A stretch of 31,349 bases of DNA from Octopus sinensis (taxonomy: Eukaryota): positions 1 through 31,349 of the forward strand of contig NW_021832167.1 in NCBI RefSeq assembly GCF_006345805.1, written 5' to 3'. The position numbers and the translations under genes are program-made. The notes under the pieces are model-generated. The model was not told the origin of the DNA. It made no database searches and saw only the letters and a program-made list of their open reading frames with translations. Positions 1 through 11,680 of the stretch are shown in pieces (within the stretch, counting starts at the first letter, position 1; the number at the start of each line of letters is the position of its first letter).

Positions 1-600
1 AAGGGAACAATACACCAAGGAGTGAAGCTTTGTATTGCCTCTTGCAAGATAGAAATTTGTTTTTTTCTTCTGCGCGTGGTGCGCAGTGTGATCATTGCAA
101 AAAAGCTAAGAAGACAGTAGACCACATGGCTACACGGTGCAACAGAATGCTAAACAGTGACTATGTGAAAAGGCACAATGAGGTTGTGAGATGCATCCAT
201 TTGCACGTATGCAGACAGTTTGGAATAAAGAAAACTGGGAAACTAAAGTCTCATTCAGTACAGTCTAGTTTATCGACTCGAAATGTCGAGATAAGAGTAG
301 ATACACCAATATTGACCGATACACAAGTTCAGTTCAATAAGCCAGATATCTTTATCTATGAGTGGAGCATAGGCATGGAATCCATACGCCTCAAGAGGAA
401 TTCATTACGGCAACCAGTCATTTGGCTGAAGTGGCAAATCAATCTTGCGAGGACCCTTCGGATGAAGCAAACGGGAAAATCTTGTGTTCGGAGAATGAAA
501 GTGCTGATGGTGCCTTGGTGGAAAGCTCTCCCAAGAGGAGAAAAATTCCAGGAGACGAGAATTATTGAGCTAACGTGATTATGAACACATTTTCCAACGA
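1..600 (+). mobile_element. 3' fragment of an R4/Dong-like non-LTR retrotransposon (zinc knuckle + restriction-like endonuclease), internally deleted
   Basis: ORF 30-578 has C-x2-C..TVDH..TRC..DYVKRHNEV and NKPDIFIY (the PD motif of the RLE). The frame then jumps at ~360 to a C-terminal tail (ORF 362-568). The intervening EVGITS..KYDL region, present in the copies at ~18100 and ~28200, is missing. Confidence 0.8.
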
Positions 601-639
601 AACTTAGAATAACTTTTATTGATTTGTATTTTATTTGAT

Positions 640-905
640 GTCTAATCTTGTGGGTCATTTATTAGCCATAAATAATGTGGTAAGAGACTGCGATGAATGC
701 CAGTCTGAAGTCCCGCTGAAACAATATGACGACGTAAGTCATATTTTTGCAGATGTACCGAATGAGAGATTTCAGATTGATCTGATTGACCTAAAAAGAT
801 ATAAAGTTGTGTTATTCCCAAGGTTTGAAAATAATAATTGATCAATTTTCTTGGTTGTTGACTGTGATTGACGTCTATTCGAGATTTTCATTCACCATGA
901 TCTTT
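640..905 (+). mobile_element. Decayed retroviral-like integrase (H2C2 + rve core) fragment; diverged third copy of the element at 13855 and 29772
   Basis: Translates as VVRDCDECQ..NERFQIDLIDLKR then WLLTVIDVYSRF (first D of DDE). The DNA is alignable by eye to 14740-14950. Confidence 0.75.
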
Positions 906-929
906 CTCTCGATAATTTTAAGAACTCTG

Positions 930-1225
930 CCGGATTCTTGTTCAAGTTTAAAAAAAGACATGAATTCCGTCTGAGAAAATTGCATGTGCAGATGAAAACT
1001 GATAAAAAAGTTGACATCGAAAGATTTTTAAATGAATTTCAAAATTTATTCAAGTCCTATACTATCGATGAAATTTATAACCTTGATAAAACAAGGATTT
1101 TCTACAAATTAATTCCACCTAAAAGTATTTGCAAGACTCAGTTTGGACGATATAAAAATTTTAAGGATCAGGTATCTGTAATGTTGTGTGCAAATAATCA
1201 CAAATTAAATCCTGTTTTAGAATAG
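930..1225 (+). mobile_element. pogo/Tigger (CENP-B/DDE_1) transposase fragment
   Basis: GFLFKFKKRH...IYNLDKTRIFYKLIP...KDQVSVMLCAN matches the Tigger pattern WL.RFK.RH...YN.DETGLF...K.R.TV.LCAN. No TIRs found. Confidence 0.8.
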
Positions 1226-1269
1226 AATAGAATAGTGTTTATTGAGCGAAATGAAAAAGAAAAACAAGG

Positions 1270-1700
1270 AAGAAATCATCGGCGGGGAGATAAAAACAAG
1301 GCACCGAAGTGTCTCTTTCCATGCCTATCCCCAATACTAGTCATGTTTGACGACAATTCTCCAAGACCATCCGGATCGTGGGCACAGAGGATTCTTGTGA
1401 GTCTTTTAACCTTCCGTCAAGTTGTACTCCGTAAGCCAATTTCATAGCGAAACGTCTTGTCTTTTCCAACTGTTCGATCAGGTAGTCACTCTCCTCCGTA
1501 CCGTACCAGCCCTCGTAGCCATATGTGAGGACTGGCTCCACACACGTTTTTTATACGTAGATGTACGTTTCCGGATCCAGATGGAACCTGGTTAAGCTTT
1601 TGAGGATCTTCACACTCCTCTTTCTCTGATTTGCTATGTGATCTGCGTACGAGCCACGACAGTTGATGGTTGCTCCCAGGTAATAAAGATTTTTGCTTTT
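1270..1700 (-). mobile_element. 3' fragment of an APE-type LINE, sister of the 2018-4630 element
   Basis: Minus strand reads YLGATINCRGSYADHIANQRKRSVKILKSLTRFHL..VEPVLTYG, versus YLGVTIDARGSYGNHIDTQRKRAVKILRSLTRFHL in the long copy. Both share the 3' motif ggcaccgaagtgtctct (1300-1316 and 2094-2110). Confidence 0.8.
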
Positions 1701-2145
1701 TGAGAGATCCATCACATAACTACTCATCGCATATGCACAAGAAATCCTGTTTTAATTGGAAACTCAAAGATGCCAAGATGTTTCCAAAATTACGACTATC
1801 AATGCTCTGTTTCATATTACAGTTTAAAAAGGGCTTGGTACAAGTTTTATTTGTGTCCCGACAAACTTTTCAATTGTAATTTCTTCCATTAATTTTATCT
1901 AAAATGATTATACTAGAAAATATAAAAATACTAATTACAAATTAATTTAATTTTAAAAGAGATATACGTTTAAAAAGCAACAAACATACTCTTACGTATA
2001 TATTCATTACAATACAATTTATTTATTTTACTAGTTAGGAAGACAGGAAAAAACTAGCCATTACCGACGACGGGAAATTTTAAAAAAGAATGAGGCACCG
2101 AAGTGTCTCTACCTAGCATCATATTTTCCTGATATCTGATGTCCA

Positions 2146-4043
2146 CTAAAAAAGCAACCGCGCCTTCTCCAGGACGGACTGTATTTTATGGACGCAGGAT
2201 TCATATGAGTTATCCAATTTTTCTTTGAGATGAAATCTGGTCAGGCTTCGTAGGATTTTAACGGCTCTCTTCCTTTGGGTATCGATATGATTTCCATAGG
2301 ATCCTCTGGCATCTATTGTAACCCCAAGGTATTGGAGGTTCTGCGAAAGTTTCAAGTCCCCAACTTCAAAGACACGAGCATTTTCGCTCCTCCGCTTCGA
2401 CAGCCTGCACAGGTGCCAGACGCAGTCAAAAGCCTTCGACAAATCCAAGCACACAGCAGTTGTGCAAGATTTATTACGTATTGCCCAAGAAAGTTCCCTT
2501 TCTAGAACCTTCAAGCAGTTTCCCGTGGATTTCCCAGGACGAAAACCCCATTGTACAACGGAAAGCAGATTATTCTTTTCAACATGTAATGAGAGTCTTT
2601 CAAAAATTATTTTCTCCATAATCTTCGAAAAAGCGCAGATCAGGCTTATAAGCCTGTAGTTTTCTGCTAGGAGACTTGTTTTCCCAGGTTTCTGGATCAT
2701 ACGAACGACTGTGCACTTCCAGGTGGGCGGAAGATAACCAAGGATAAAACTAGCGTCGAAAAGCATAGTTAGAGCCCGTAGGAGGATCCTCGGAGCCTTC
2801 TTAAGAAGTAACACAGGTATGTAGTCGAATCCAAGGGCCTTGTTTTTCAGCCCTGCTATCACTTCTTGTGTCTTTTTTCGGTAATAGTCTTGCATAGAGG
2901 TCCACTCACAAGATTTAGAGATTCTAGCCTTGAAGTGACTTTCTCAAAGGTCTTTTGTGGAATAATTGATTCAGGTTCGACTTCTTGGGTTCTACCCAGC
3001 TGCCTTCTTAGTTCATCCGGGACAAGATCGGAGGGGATATACTTTCCATCTTGCCCCTTTAACACAATGTTGTCGCCTTTCCCTTCCGCGTTGTTCAGGC
3101 GCTGATACGCCTTCCAAAACTTTGGATTTCTCTTATCCTGCATTCAGCATTCCTTCCTCCATGATTTTTCTATTTTCTTTTTCCCAATTTCAAGTATCAT
3201 CGTCTTGAGGTGGTCGATTTCAACTTTTAACTGATTTCTGACTCCCACGTTGGAACACCTCCTCGTGCAATTCTCGAGGTCGTCTATATCTTCCATGGTC
3301 CGAAGAGGACCGAGCACGGTAGTATTAAGTGCCAAGCGCATAGAGTACTCAAATAGATGCCAATCCACATTCGACAGAGTATATCCAATAAACACGTCTT
3401 CTGTCAGATTTATTTTCGTCCTTAGTCTCAATGATTGCGGGATGTGATCACTTCCTACATCCACCTCGATTGTCGGACGATCGCAAAGTGGAGTAATAGA
3501 CGCTCTATCCGGATAGTGGTTTAGCTCTTCGGACGTCCATATCGAAAAACCGAGATTTCGAGACAAACTCTCAAGTACCTCTCCGTCCGTATTGGTTGCT
3601 TCACACCTATAGACAACATTCTTTGCGTTCAGGTCACCGGCTAGGATAGCCAGATTGTTCTCTTCAAAAAATGTCCTAACAACTGCCGGGTAGCTTCTCA
3701 AAGCCTTTGAATACATCCCTCCGACAGTAAACCAGCCAACGGCTGTAAGTAGTTCGAACGATATAAGTTCACAGGACTTGTCTTCAATAATCTTTCCGTT
3801 TTTGACTCTCATACTTCTATTATAGAAGACAGAGGTTCCTGTTCCTGCTACTGCGTCAGTTGTCCATGGGATATTAAGGGATTTGTAGCCTTCAAATTCA
3901 ATTTTATTTGGTCCCTTCAGCTTTGTCTCGTTGACAATCAATACTTCCGTTATCGCTGAGGCTAGCAGAAACCTCAGCTCCGTTACCCGTCTCGTGAGTG
4001 AGCGGGCATTTAGAATTGTCAGAACGAGGAATCCTTCCGACAT
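2146..4043 (-). pseudogene. LINE ORF2 (endonuclease-reverse transcriptase), frameshifted and lacking the QG and YADD RT motifs
   Basis: Split over ORFs 3144-4043, 2859-3143 and 2146-2895. The RT jumps from AFDCVWH almost directly to the YLGV region. Confidence 0.88.
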
Positions 4044-4629
4044 GGGTGGCTGACCTCCCGTGGGAGCGCCACCTTTTTCGGTAAAGGGGGTCTGGCTGCT
4101 TTCCGTTTGCTACCCATTTCAGCCGGCTCTAGAGGCGTCCCATCGTCCTCCAGCCGGGCTTCGGGACTTGGCAGCTAAACTCCAGAATTTGCTACCGCAG
4201 TTTTCTTCACTTCTCTCGTCTTCGGGGCGGCGGGTTTTGTTTCTGGGCATGGGTCCGTTTGGATTCCCGTGTTAATTAAGCAGGTCTGAGTTCCGGATTC
4301 GATCCGTTTCTGACAATTTCGTCAGTTTGAACACTAATATCGTATTTCTTTGGGGGTTTGTGGTCAATTAGATGAGTTCCCTTCTGTGTGCTGATAGCAG
4401 CATTCGTGGCAGATTCTGGATCAAGTAACTTCCCCGACCAAGGGGCCTTCATGCCAGACATTTGTATTTCATTTACACGATTTTCCTTAGTGTGAGTCAT
4501 TTCCAGTTTCTTCTTTATCGATTCCGGATCAAGTAACTTCTTCGACCAAGGGTCCTTCATGCCAGACATTTTTATTGCATTTACACGATTATATATTCTC
4601 ACGTTATTAATAATAATTGAAGTTATCAA
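4019..4629 (-). pseudogene. Putative LINE ORF1 (low-complexity, no zinc knuckle), one frameshift and one stop
   Basis: ORF 4276-4629 continues after a frameshift near 4320 as RIESGTQTCLINTGIQTDPCPETKP.. with an internal TAG near 4175. It ends ..SKRKAARPPLPKKV..DSSF* at 4019-4021, overlapping the ORF2 ATG (4043). Confidence 0.55.
4412..4590. repeat. Two ~71-bp direct repeats with 108-bp (36-codon) period inside putative ORF1
   Basis: gattctggatcaagtaacttccccgaccaagggg..ttacacgatt (4412-4482) versus gattccggatcaagtaacttcttcgaccaagggt..ttacacgatt (4520-4590). Encodes NRVN.I.MSGMK.PWS.KLLDPES twice. Confidence 0.9.
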
Positions 4630-4870
4630 AGTTTAAAACGTCAATATTTACATAAAATAAATTAATGAGGTAAAAATTTGTTCAACTTTCTCTGATCGTG
4701 TAAGTATCAGAATTATATGCTAATCCCAATCCGTCAAATATAAAAAAATATTAAAAAAGAAATTTTTAAATTTTCAGAAAAATAGAATTAATTCAGAAAA
4801 TTATTAAGCAAATAAAAAATTTATTAACAAATTAATTTAAATAAAAATTAATTAACATATATTTTATCTG

Positions 4871-5873
4871 ATGTCAAATCATGTATGTCATTATATAGCC
4901 TAAAATAATAGCCTTCTACGAACAGTGAGAATACTGACCAAAAAACCAAGAATATTAAAGGAAAAAGAAACCAAAGGTACTATAAACATTAACTAATAAT
5001 AGCCGATGGTTCCATGAATTACGAGACGAACTAGAAAGAACTCCTACAAGTAAAAAACTATTTATTTCATGACCAACAGCTCCAATTTCCACGACCAATA
5101 CACCAAAGCCCGAAAAAATGAAAAGCTCTAACCCAAATAAGCCATCCATCAGTCAAAATACATTCGAAAAATTTGCAAATTTAAAAAAATTAGTCGAAGA
5201 ATCTCAAGAAGCAGGAACTGAACAATTTCAAGGGTTTGATAAAGAAGATTTCGATTCAATCCCCTATAAGTATTTAAAATTAATTATTTAAGTAATTTGG
5301 ATTGGAATGATTCATCCAGGGACTGTTTTGTCGAAGGAACTGGTACTTATATATTTGTATGTTAGAAATGATTCTCCAACCATGTTACTACAGCAAAAAA
5401 ATTAAAGAAATGGTATTTTGACATTTTTTTGTTAAAAATAGGTCCCACCGTTGAAGTTGGGAAGACACAGTGACACAACTTTGGCACTTATGTTTTATTT
5501 GAACACTCAAAATGAACTCCATGTGAATACAAGCATTGAATTGTAGTTTAGACCTGTCAAAGTTGTTTAGATTTCGTAGGAATTGGCGATACCACAAAGC
5601 CCAGCAAGTTTGGATAACCGGGACAAGCACAAAGACCCAGGAATTGATCGCCAATAAACCGACAGAGTCTTTTACAGAAACATTTACTTATATAAATCCT
5701 AGTGAAATGAAAAAAGTATATTTTAGTGATAAATTGTTTAGTATAAAAAGGAATTTTTTATTAATTCGGAGACTTTGGAGTATATAAACTATTCGGATTT
5801 GTTGAAAGATAAGGGACCAAGTGATGTTCATGAGGCAACTTCAGCCGCATTTAAACAATTTTTAAAAAAGTAA
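4871..5873 (+). CDS. CNOT2: CCR4-NOT complex subunit 2 (NOT box), 262 aa, 9 exons
   Basis: GT-AG introns at 4883-4911, 4977-5002, 5050-5079, 5270-5292, 5343-5365, 5413-5441, 5543-5570 and 5716-5741 (23-30 nt) give one open frame. It contains LKLGRHSDTTLALMFYLNTQNELHVNTSIELFRRNWRYHKAQQVWIT..MKKYKKEFFINSETLE, matching animal NOT2 IKLGRYGEDLLFYLYY..AVELFNRDWRYHKEERVWIT..WRKVAKEFHLEYDKLE. Confidence 0.92.
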
Positions 5874-6437
5874 TTTAGTTTTGAGTTTTTTATTTTTTGG
5901 CTATAGATTAATTTTGTTTTTGTTCATTTTTTATCGTAAATAATAATTTTTTAGCACTTCCTGCTTTACTGTTTAAATTAAAAAACCATAAGTACTTTGC
6001 ATCTTTTTTATTTTGTTCTCTATTAAGTTATTAAGTATTAGACTAAATCGATTGTAAAAAATTGGTTCTTGGAACCTTCATTCAATCCTGTTCAGTTTTA
6101 TCTGATGAACTAGCGTTTTGTTACATTCTATTCAACCTGACTCGATTTTGTGATTTTTGCTTTCAAGTTTTCCATTATCTTTGATTTCAAGAAGATAGTT
6201 TCCAGTTCTTTAGATTAATGTATTTACATTATAGAGTTCTTTAGATGAATGTAGTCGTATAGTAGCTTGAATTCCAAAGTTACTGATAATTTTTTCAAAT
6301 TTAAATTTCACGATTCCACAAAGCAGTATCTAAAAATTAATTTTAAAACTATGCAACTGTTTCTAATATTTTCACCCGATTTATTTGACGCTTATTTTTT
6401 GGAATCGTTCTGAATTTGACAAAGTCATCCCTATGTA

Positions 6438-7472
6438 CAGTGCTCGTCAAAAAAAATTGCTCAGCCATTTTTTCATGCTTTTATTGACAAATTAATAAAA
6501 AAATTAATCTTACGCTTCATTTTTTATTTTAATTCTTAAGTATATTAATTTATTTATGCGATTTTATTTCAATATAAGGAATTTAAAGCATAAAAATTTA
6601 AATCTCGTGACAAAAAACATTGCTCACTTTTCTTGTTATTGCATATGCCACTTTCTCCCAAAAAACAGTTAACTGAATTTAAAAAAGGGATGATTATTGC
6701 GTACTTTAAAGAGGGTAAATCAATCAGAGAAATCTCAAAAATACTTAATTTGCCGTATTCCACAATTTCATTTAATATTCGAAAATTTTGAGAATTTGGA
6801 ACACTGCATCGGAGACCGGGCTCAGATCGTCTTCCGAAACTAAGTTCCCCACAAATACAATTTTTATGTAATGAAACCGAATCACATCCTACATTGTTGG
6901 CAGTGGATTTGTCCAACAAAACTAAAGAAACTTTCAATATTGATGTTTCCCCTAGGACAATTCTGAGAACTTTGAATAAAAATGGGGTATATTGTCGTGT
7001 AGCAAAAAGAAAGCCATTGCTTTCTCAAAAAATATTATTTCGAGATGGTCTGCGTCACTACGATTTTTATCGATATCTGATAGTACATGGAAATCGGTGA
7101 TATTCTCAGATGAGTCAATGTTCGATGTTTTTAACAACAGAAAACATCAGCTTGTTTACAGAAAAAATAAAACGGAGTTAAAAAATGCACATTTGCTGCC
7201 GACTGTTAAGTTCGGAGTAGGGAGAGTTATGATTTGGGGCTGTATATCGTATAGTGGTGTAGGCAATTTGGTTTTTATCAAAGAAACTATGAACTCTGGA
7301 TATTATATAAATTTACTGTCTAATAATCTGGACCAATCAGCTGAAAAAATGGGCTTATCCTCGTTTATTTTTCAATAAAATACTACTTAAAGATGTTTAC
7401 AAAAAAAATAAATCAGAATAATGCTATATAAAGACATAAACATTGGTGAGCAATTTTTTTTGACGACCACTG
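6438..7472 (+). mobile_element. Tc1-family DNA transposon, non-autonomous deletion derivative
   Basis: TIRs cagtgctcgtcaaaaaaaattgctca (6438) and tgagcaatttttttttgacgaccactg-type (to 7472), one mismatch, flanked by TA. Transposase from ATG 6645: HTH, VAKRKPLLS, WKSVIFSDES, VMIWGC, FIFQ*. It has a stop and a frameshift and lacks the QDN..SPDLNPIE part. Confidence 0.93.
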
Positions 7473-7708
7473 TATGTACTATCTTTATTATTATATTAGG
7501 GTTATCAAATTCTCAAATTTTTTTTGATTTTCAATATCTCCGTTTTCAACAATCTATCTTTCATTAAAGATTTTTGAAAAAATTGTACTTCTTACAAAAT
7601 AGATTAAACAAGAAAACTTAAATTATAAAGTCTTAACTATAAAGCAGAATTAATAAATTGAATTTTATTTAGATCAGTTATAACTAATTAAGAATCCTTA
7701 GAAGTCTT

Positions 7709-8743
7709 CTATTTAAGGTTCATTGTTTTGTACAAGTCTACTGATTTTTGCGGCTTTATCCAATTCACATAAACTAATAAATTAAAATATAACCGATTAC
7801 TTTTTCTAAAATTTCCGATAAATATCACAACAATAACTGCCAATGTCACGTATATATACAAATCTACAAATTCACTTTATTAAACTAACATTTTAATTCT
7901 ATTGTCTTTTCGTTCATAAGATTTTCAGGTTTTCTCTCGACATAACTAACAGTAGAGTATTCTTCAAGATGTCCATATGGTAACACAAAAATAACGTTTA
8001 ATAATAATATTTTTAATTTTGAATTTTTTAATTGCATTGAAACTGAATCTAAAAATTAATTAAAATCTGTAAAACTGTTTTCGACTGTCTCACAAAGTCC
8101 GTAATTTATAATACAGAGAACGGCGGATGTAAAATTATTTGTTTTAGTTTTTAATAAAAAATGAAAAAAATAATTATGATAGTAGAAAGTTTTTACTTCC
8201 GATAAAACATGATCAAAATCTATTTTAAATCTTGTTTAAAATACCAAAAAATATATTATTTTCATTTGTTTTTATCCAATATCTGAACGAAAAATTATCG
8301 TGCTTTAAAAGGAATTTTTCTCCTTTGGCAAGGTTTGTAGAATTATTCATATTCTTATTTTCAAAAGCATTAATTATATCTTTTGAAGATTGTACATATT
8401 GTTGGCGATGAAAAGAAACCGAATCCGATTCTTTAAATAGTTTTATATATTTAGCCTTTGGCAGTTCTAATATTTAAAATAGTCCAAAAATTTTGAACCT
8501 TCATACAAAATTTCATATTTTGTTTCTTCACAAAACATTTTCAAAGTTTTCGAACGATTAGCTTTAAATTCATCGTTAATTTCTACAAAATAATTAGAAA
8601 TGCTTGCCAGTTATATTCAAGCAATTTGGTTCATTGAGGAGCGTTCCATTTGACAGAAATATTAATTCTAAAAATAAAATAACCTCAACTCTACCACCTT
8701 TGCTTATTACAACAGTTAAAATTAATAACAGTGAAACGAACAT
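7709..8743 (-). CDS. Orphan type-I membrane glycoprotein, paralog A (~280-290 aa)
   Basis: Signal-like MFVSLLLILTVVISK, N-glycosylation sequons (NGT, NRS, NNS) and TM YLYIYVTLAVIVVIFIG. Six mini-introns (including GC-AG 8583-8607, 8467-8498 and 8049-8075) give an open frame. The exons align with paralog B (SFRYW..FFDFDHVLSEV..YYH..KTNNF.SA..C). Confidence 0.75.
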
Positions 8744-9341
8744 TCCTAAACTTTCTAGATAGAAAATGCCTTATAAGTATCTATAAATAACACTTTCCTT
8801 CCTTTAAGTTTTCAAGAACGTCAAATTTGGATATTATTAAATTTACTGGTTGGTTAATAATTTTTAAATCTAAACTAACCGTCCCGTTTTCAAAATCCAA
8901 AAAAAATTTATTTTATTTTCCTGTGGCTCACTTCAGAGACCGCTAGTTTTTTGGAAAAATAAAAACTAAAGAACTTTTTCTATCATCAGTTCACGTTGCT
9001 GGTTAAATCCCAGATTTTGTGTTTGGTTATACAGCCTTTTTAGAAATTCATTCAAATACAAAAAATAAGGAAACATTTATCGATAGCATTGAAGTCTGCA
9101 TATACACTCCTCGACAAAAAAATGATTCAAAATTCATATTTAGTTTTTCCTAGTAAGCAAATTAACTAGCCCTTTTTCACTAAAGATATAAATTTGGCAA
9201 AGGTAAATAAAAATCCAAAAATGTAAGAATTTCTTTATTAGATTAACAAAAATGATAGAAAATATAAATATAACCCTAAAAGCTAGACATTTAAATGTTT
9301 TTGGTATCAGCTGAGAACAAATATAGTCATTTTGTAATTTT

Positions 9342-9700
9342 CGGGTACTATAAACATATAATGACAATTCAAAGCCAGACAAAGAGCGTTCGGCGTCGTC
9401 TCGACGCACTAAAAAGACTGCTGAACTATTCAGTAGACTGATGGTCGCACATGAAAAAGAAATATTCGAAATCCACGAAAATACCACGAAGAGTCCAAAA
9501 AACTGAACTCTATAGTAAACACAAAAGAAACTAAAATTATATCGGGGACCTACGAGCCGACCGACAAGGAGTCCGTCGACTGGAAGCCCGGCATTTGTCT
9601 CACGGAAAGAGAGTTAAGGTGGTGAAAAAGCGGAAGAACAAGTCCCCGATTACCACGATGGAAGTCAAGCCCGTAAATTCGTTTTTTTAGCATATTTTCC
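9342..9700 (+). pseudogene. Nucleosome assembly protein 1-like fragment, intronless, frameshifted, central domain deleted
   Basis: Pieces IQSQTKSVRRRLDALKRL, HEKEIFEIHE, IISGTYEPTDKE, VDWKPGICLT, KVVKKRKNK and VNSFF resemble NAP1 ESLPRVVKRRVNALK..IINAIYEPTEEE..IDWKKGKNVT..KKKQKHK..DSFFNFF. Confidence 0.65.
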
Positions 9701-9709
9701 GAATTATTG

Positions 9710-10940
9710 AGTATGAGTGGGTCGTGATGTGGTAGGTGACAAGTCGGGTGTGAAACTGGAAGTAAGTGTGTGTGATGAGTGGTAAGGAAGGATGTTTGAG
9801 ATGGACGTAAATGACGTCATTGCCTTAGTCTCCGTAACTCGGTCATCCCCCAAGCAGTCTTGTACTTCCTCGGTCAGAATTAGTTGTGATGATTTCTCTT
9901 TACAAATTCTCATGAGAGCGAGTATCTGCATGCCAAGACTTCTTTATGCTCTAAGGAGCTGCCCTTGCTATGCACAACGAGACAGCCTTTTATTACTTGA
10001 TCAGACACTGAAAGACATGGCCGAAACTATTTTAAATGTTCGTTTTGATGATCTGGGATGGATTCAGTGTAAACTGCCAACAAAATTGGGTGGAGTTGGC
10101 CTCAGGTCCGCATTGGAAGTAGCAGCACCAGCTTATCTCTCGTCGCTCTTGGAAGTAGCAGCACCAGCATGCAGACTAACTAAGATTCGATTTTATGCAA
10201 CGACATCGTCCAAAAATACAAACAGAGGGTCAATCAGCATCGACTCACATGTCTCTTGTCCGGAGCACGCCATCATAGTGGCGCGTGGCTTGATGCTCTC
10301 CCGTGTCCTGCCCTTGGCAATCTATTGGACAATAATTCTATGAGAATCGGTGTAGCACTTCGTCTGGGACTGGATATTTGCCAAGTTCACGGCTGTCGTT
10401 GCGGAGGCCTTGTTGATGCCAAAGGACTGCACCCTCTATCCTGCGGAAGAAGTGCAGGTCGAACCCCTTGACATGCCGCATTGAATGATTTGATACGACG
10501 TGCCCTAGAGGCAGCAGGATTCCCAGCAAGACTGGAACCTGCGGGTCTTAACCGTAATGATGGGAGAAGGCCAGATGGAGTGACTCTTTTCCCCTACTCT
10601 GGGGAAAACCACTAGTTGGAACTCGACATGCGTGGACACTTTCACTCGAAAGAACATCAACATTTCCTTGCGTTCACCTGGATCGGCCGCTAACTTTGCT
10701 GAAAAAGCAAAAATTGCCAAATATTCCACAATCGGGGATTCGTACCGCTTTGTTCCTGTGGCAGTCGAGACTTCGGGTGTCACAGGAACTGTAACTGAGT
10801 CATTCCTTAAAGAAATCGGACGAAAAATTGCTCATGTAAATAACGATTGGAGGGAACCAACATGGCTTCGACAAAGAATAGGTTTGGCCGTTGTTCGCGG
10901 CAATGCCTATTCGATTATGTCGTCAGCCGCGGAAAACTAG
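9710..10940 (+). mobile_element. CRE-clade non-LTR retrotransposon, 3' half (RT thumb, zinc finger, RLE)
   Basis: LPTKLGGVGLRSA..AAPAYLSS; [17 protein letters not shown]...HPLSC; RH..LND...[13 protein letters not shown]; VDT..AE.AK..KY..FVPVAVETSG..LRQRIGLAVVRGNA. Several frameshifts. Confidence 0.9.
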
Positions 10941-11477
10941 CCTGTCTTATAATTAACTCGTTTCATTTAAAATATTGTATATTAGATATGACAGGAGAGT
11001 AAAGAAAAACAATTGAGGGCTGTGGCCAGTTGTCTCTCTAGGGTTGTGGTGTGTTTTAATATCACAGAAATAAGTGAACAATATTAGTTTAGGAGTTTTG
11101 TTTTCGCACTTTATTTTGAGTTATATTCTTTGTGTTGAAAATTTTGGTTCTATCTAATCTATTGGATGATCGATATTTTCAAATATCAGATTTGTAATTT
11201 CATTCCACATTTCATATTTTTCAAGAAATGAAAAAAATACACGTTGAAATCATTGTTTATTTGAATATTTTGATTTATGTTAGAAAATTTAATAATAAAT
11301 TCATAAAATATTGAGTTTAGTTTTCAGGAAGAATTGTTGAATGATTAATTTTTGAATTTAAAAAATCACTGTTTTATTTGATTATTTTAATTTTTTTAGA
11401 AATTTGTTTTAACAATTTCATGAAATTCTGAATTTAGTTTTCAGGTGGGATCCTTTATTATATAATAAAAAAATGAC

Positions 11478-11680
11478 GAAAAATGCGCAAATTCAACATT
11501 TGGTCGAAGAATCGCAAGAAGTAGGTACCGAACAATTTCAAGGCTTTGACAAAGAAGATTTTGATTCATTTGGATTGGAATGATTCATCCAAGGACTGTT
11601 TTATCAAAGGAACTGGTATTTATATATACCAGTCACTACAGCAAAAAAGTAAAAGAATTGGTTCATGACATTTTTTACAT
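11478..11680 (+). pseudogene. Decayed partial duplicate of CNOT2
   Basis: LVEESQEVGTEQFQGFDKEDFDS..ttggattggaatgattcatcc..ggaactggta aligns to ~5168-5430 with two internal deletions. It keeps the start of the 5343 intron, so it is a DNA-level copy. Confidence 0.85.

Larger units (their letters stand above)
2018..4630 (-). mobile_element. Near full-length degenerate LINE (Jockey/I-group-like; ORF1 + APE-RT ORF2)
   Basis: APE motifs NARSL, NETK, GDLNA and SDH (3144-4043). RT motifs KALGFD..P, W..MIQKPGK, NYRLISL, QWGFRPGKST and LDLSKAFD (2146-2895). TAAA-like tail near 2018-2030. Confidence 0.9.

Noticed and set aside
2275-3447. Plus-strand ORFs overlapping the LINE (2275, 2462, 2866, 2966, 3250)
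   Set aside because: Antisense shadows of LINE ORF2.
4955-5654. Minus-strand ORFs 4955-5149 and 5388-5654
   Set aside because: Antisense to spliced CNOT2.
9140-9487. 115-aa minus-strand ORF
   Set aside because: Shadow of the plus-strand NAP1-like fragment; no homology recognised.
10112-10168. 20-bp direct repeat ttggaagtagcagcaccagc
   Set aside because: Local duplication at a deletion junction inside the CRE; only two units, not CRISPR.
11290-11445. Degenerate ~115-bp-period repeat ending tttagttttcagg
   Set aside because: Short, AT-rich and only two units; no function can be supported.
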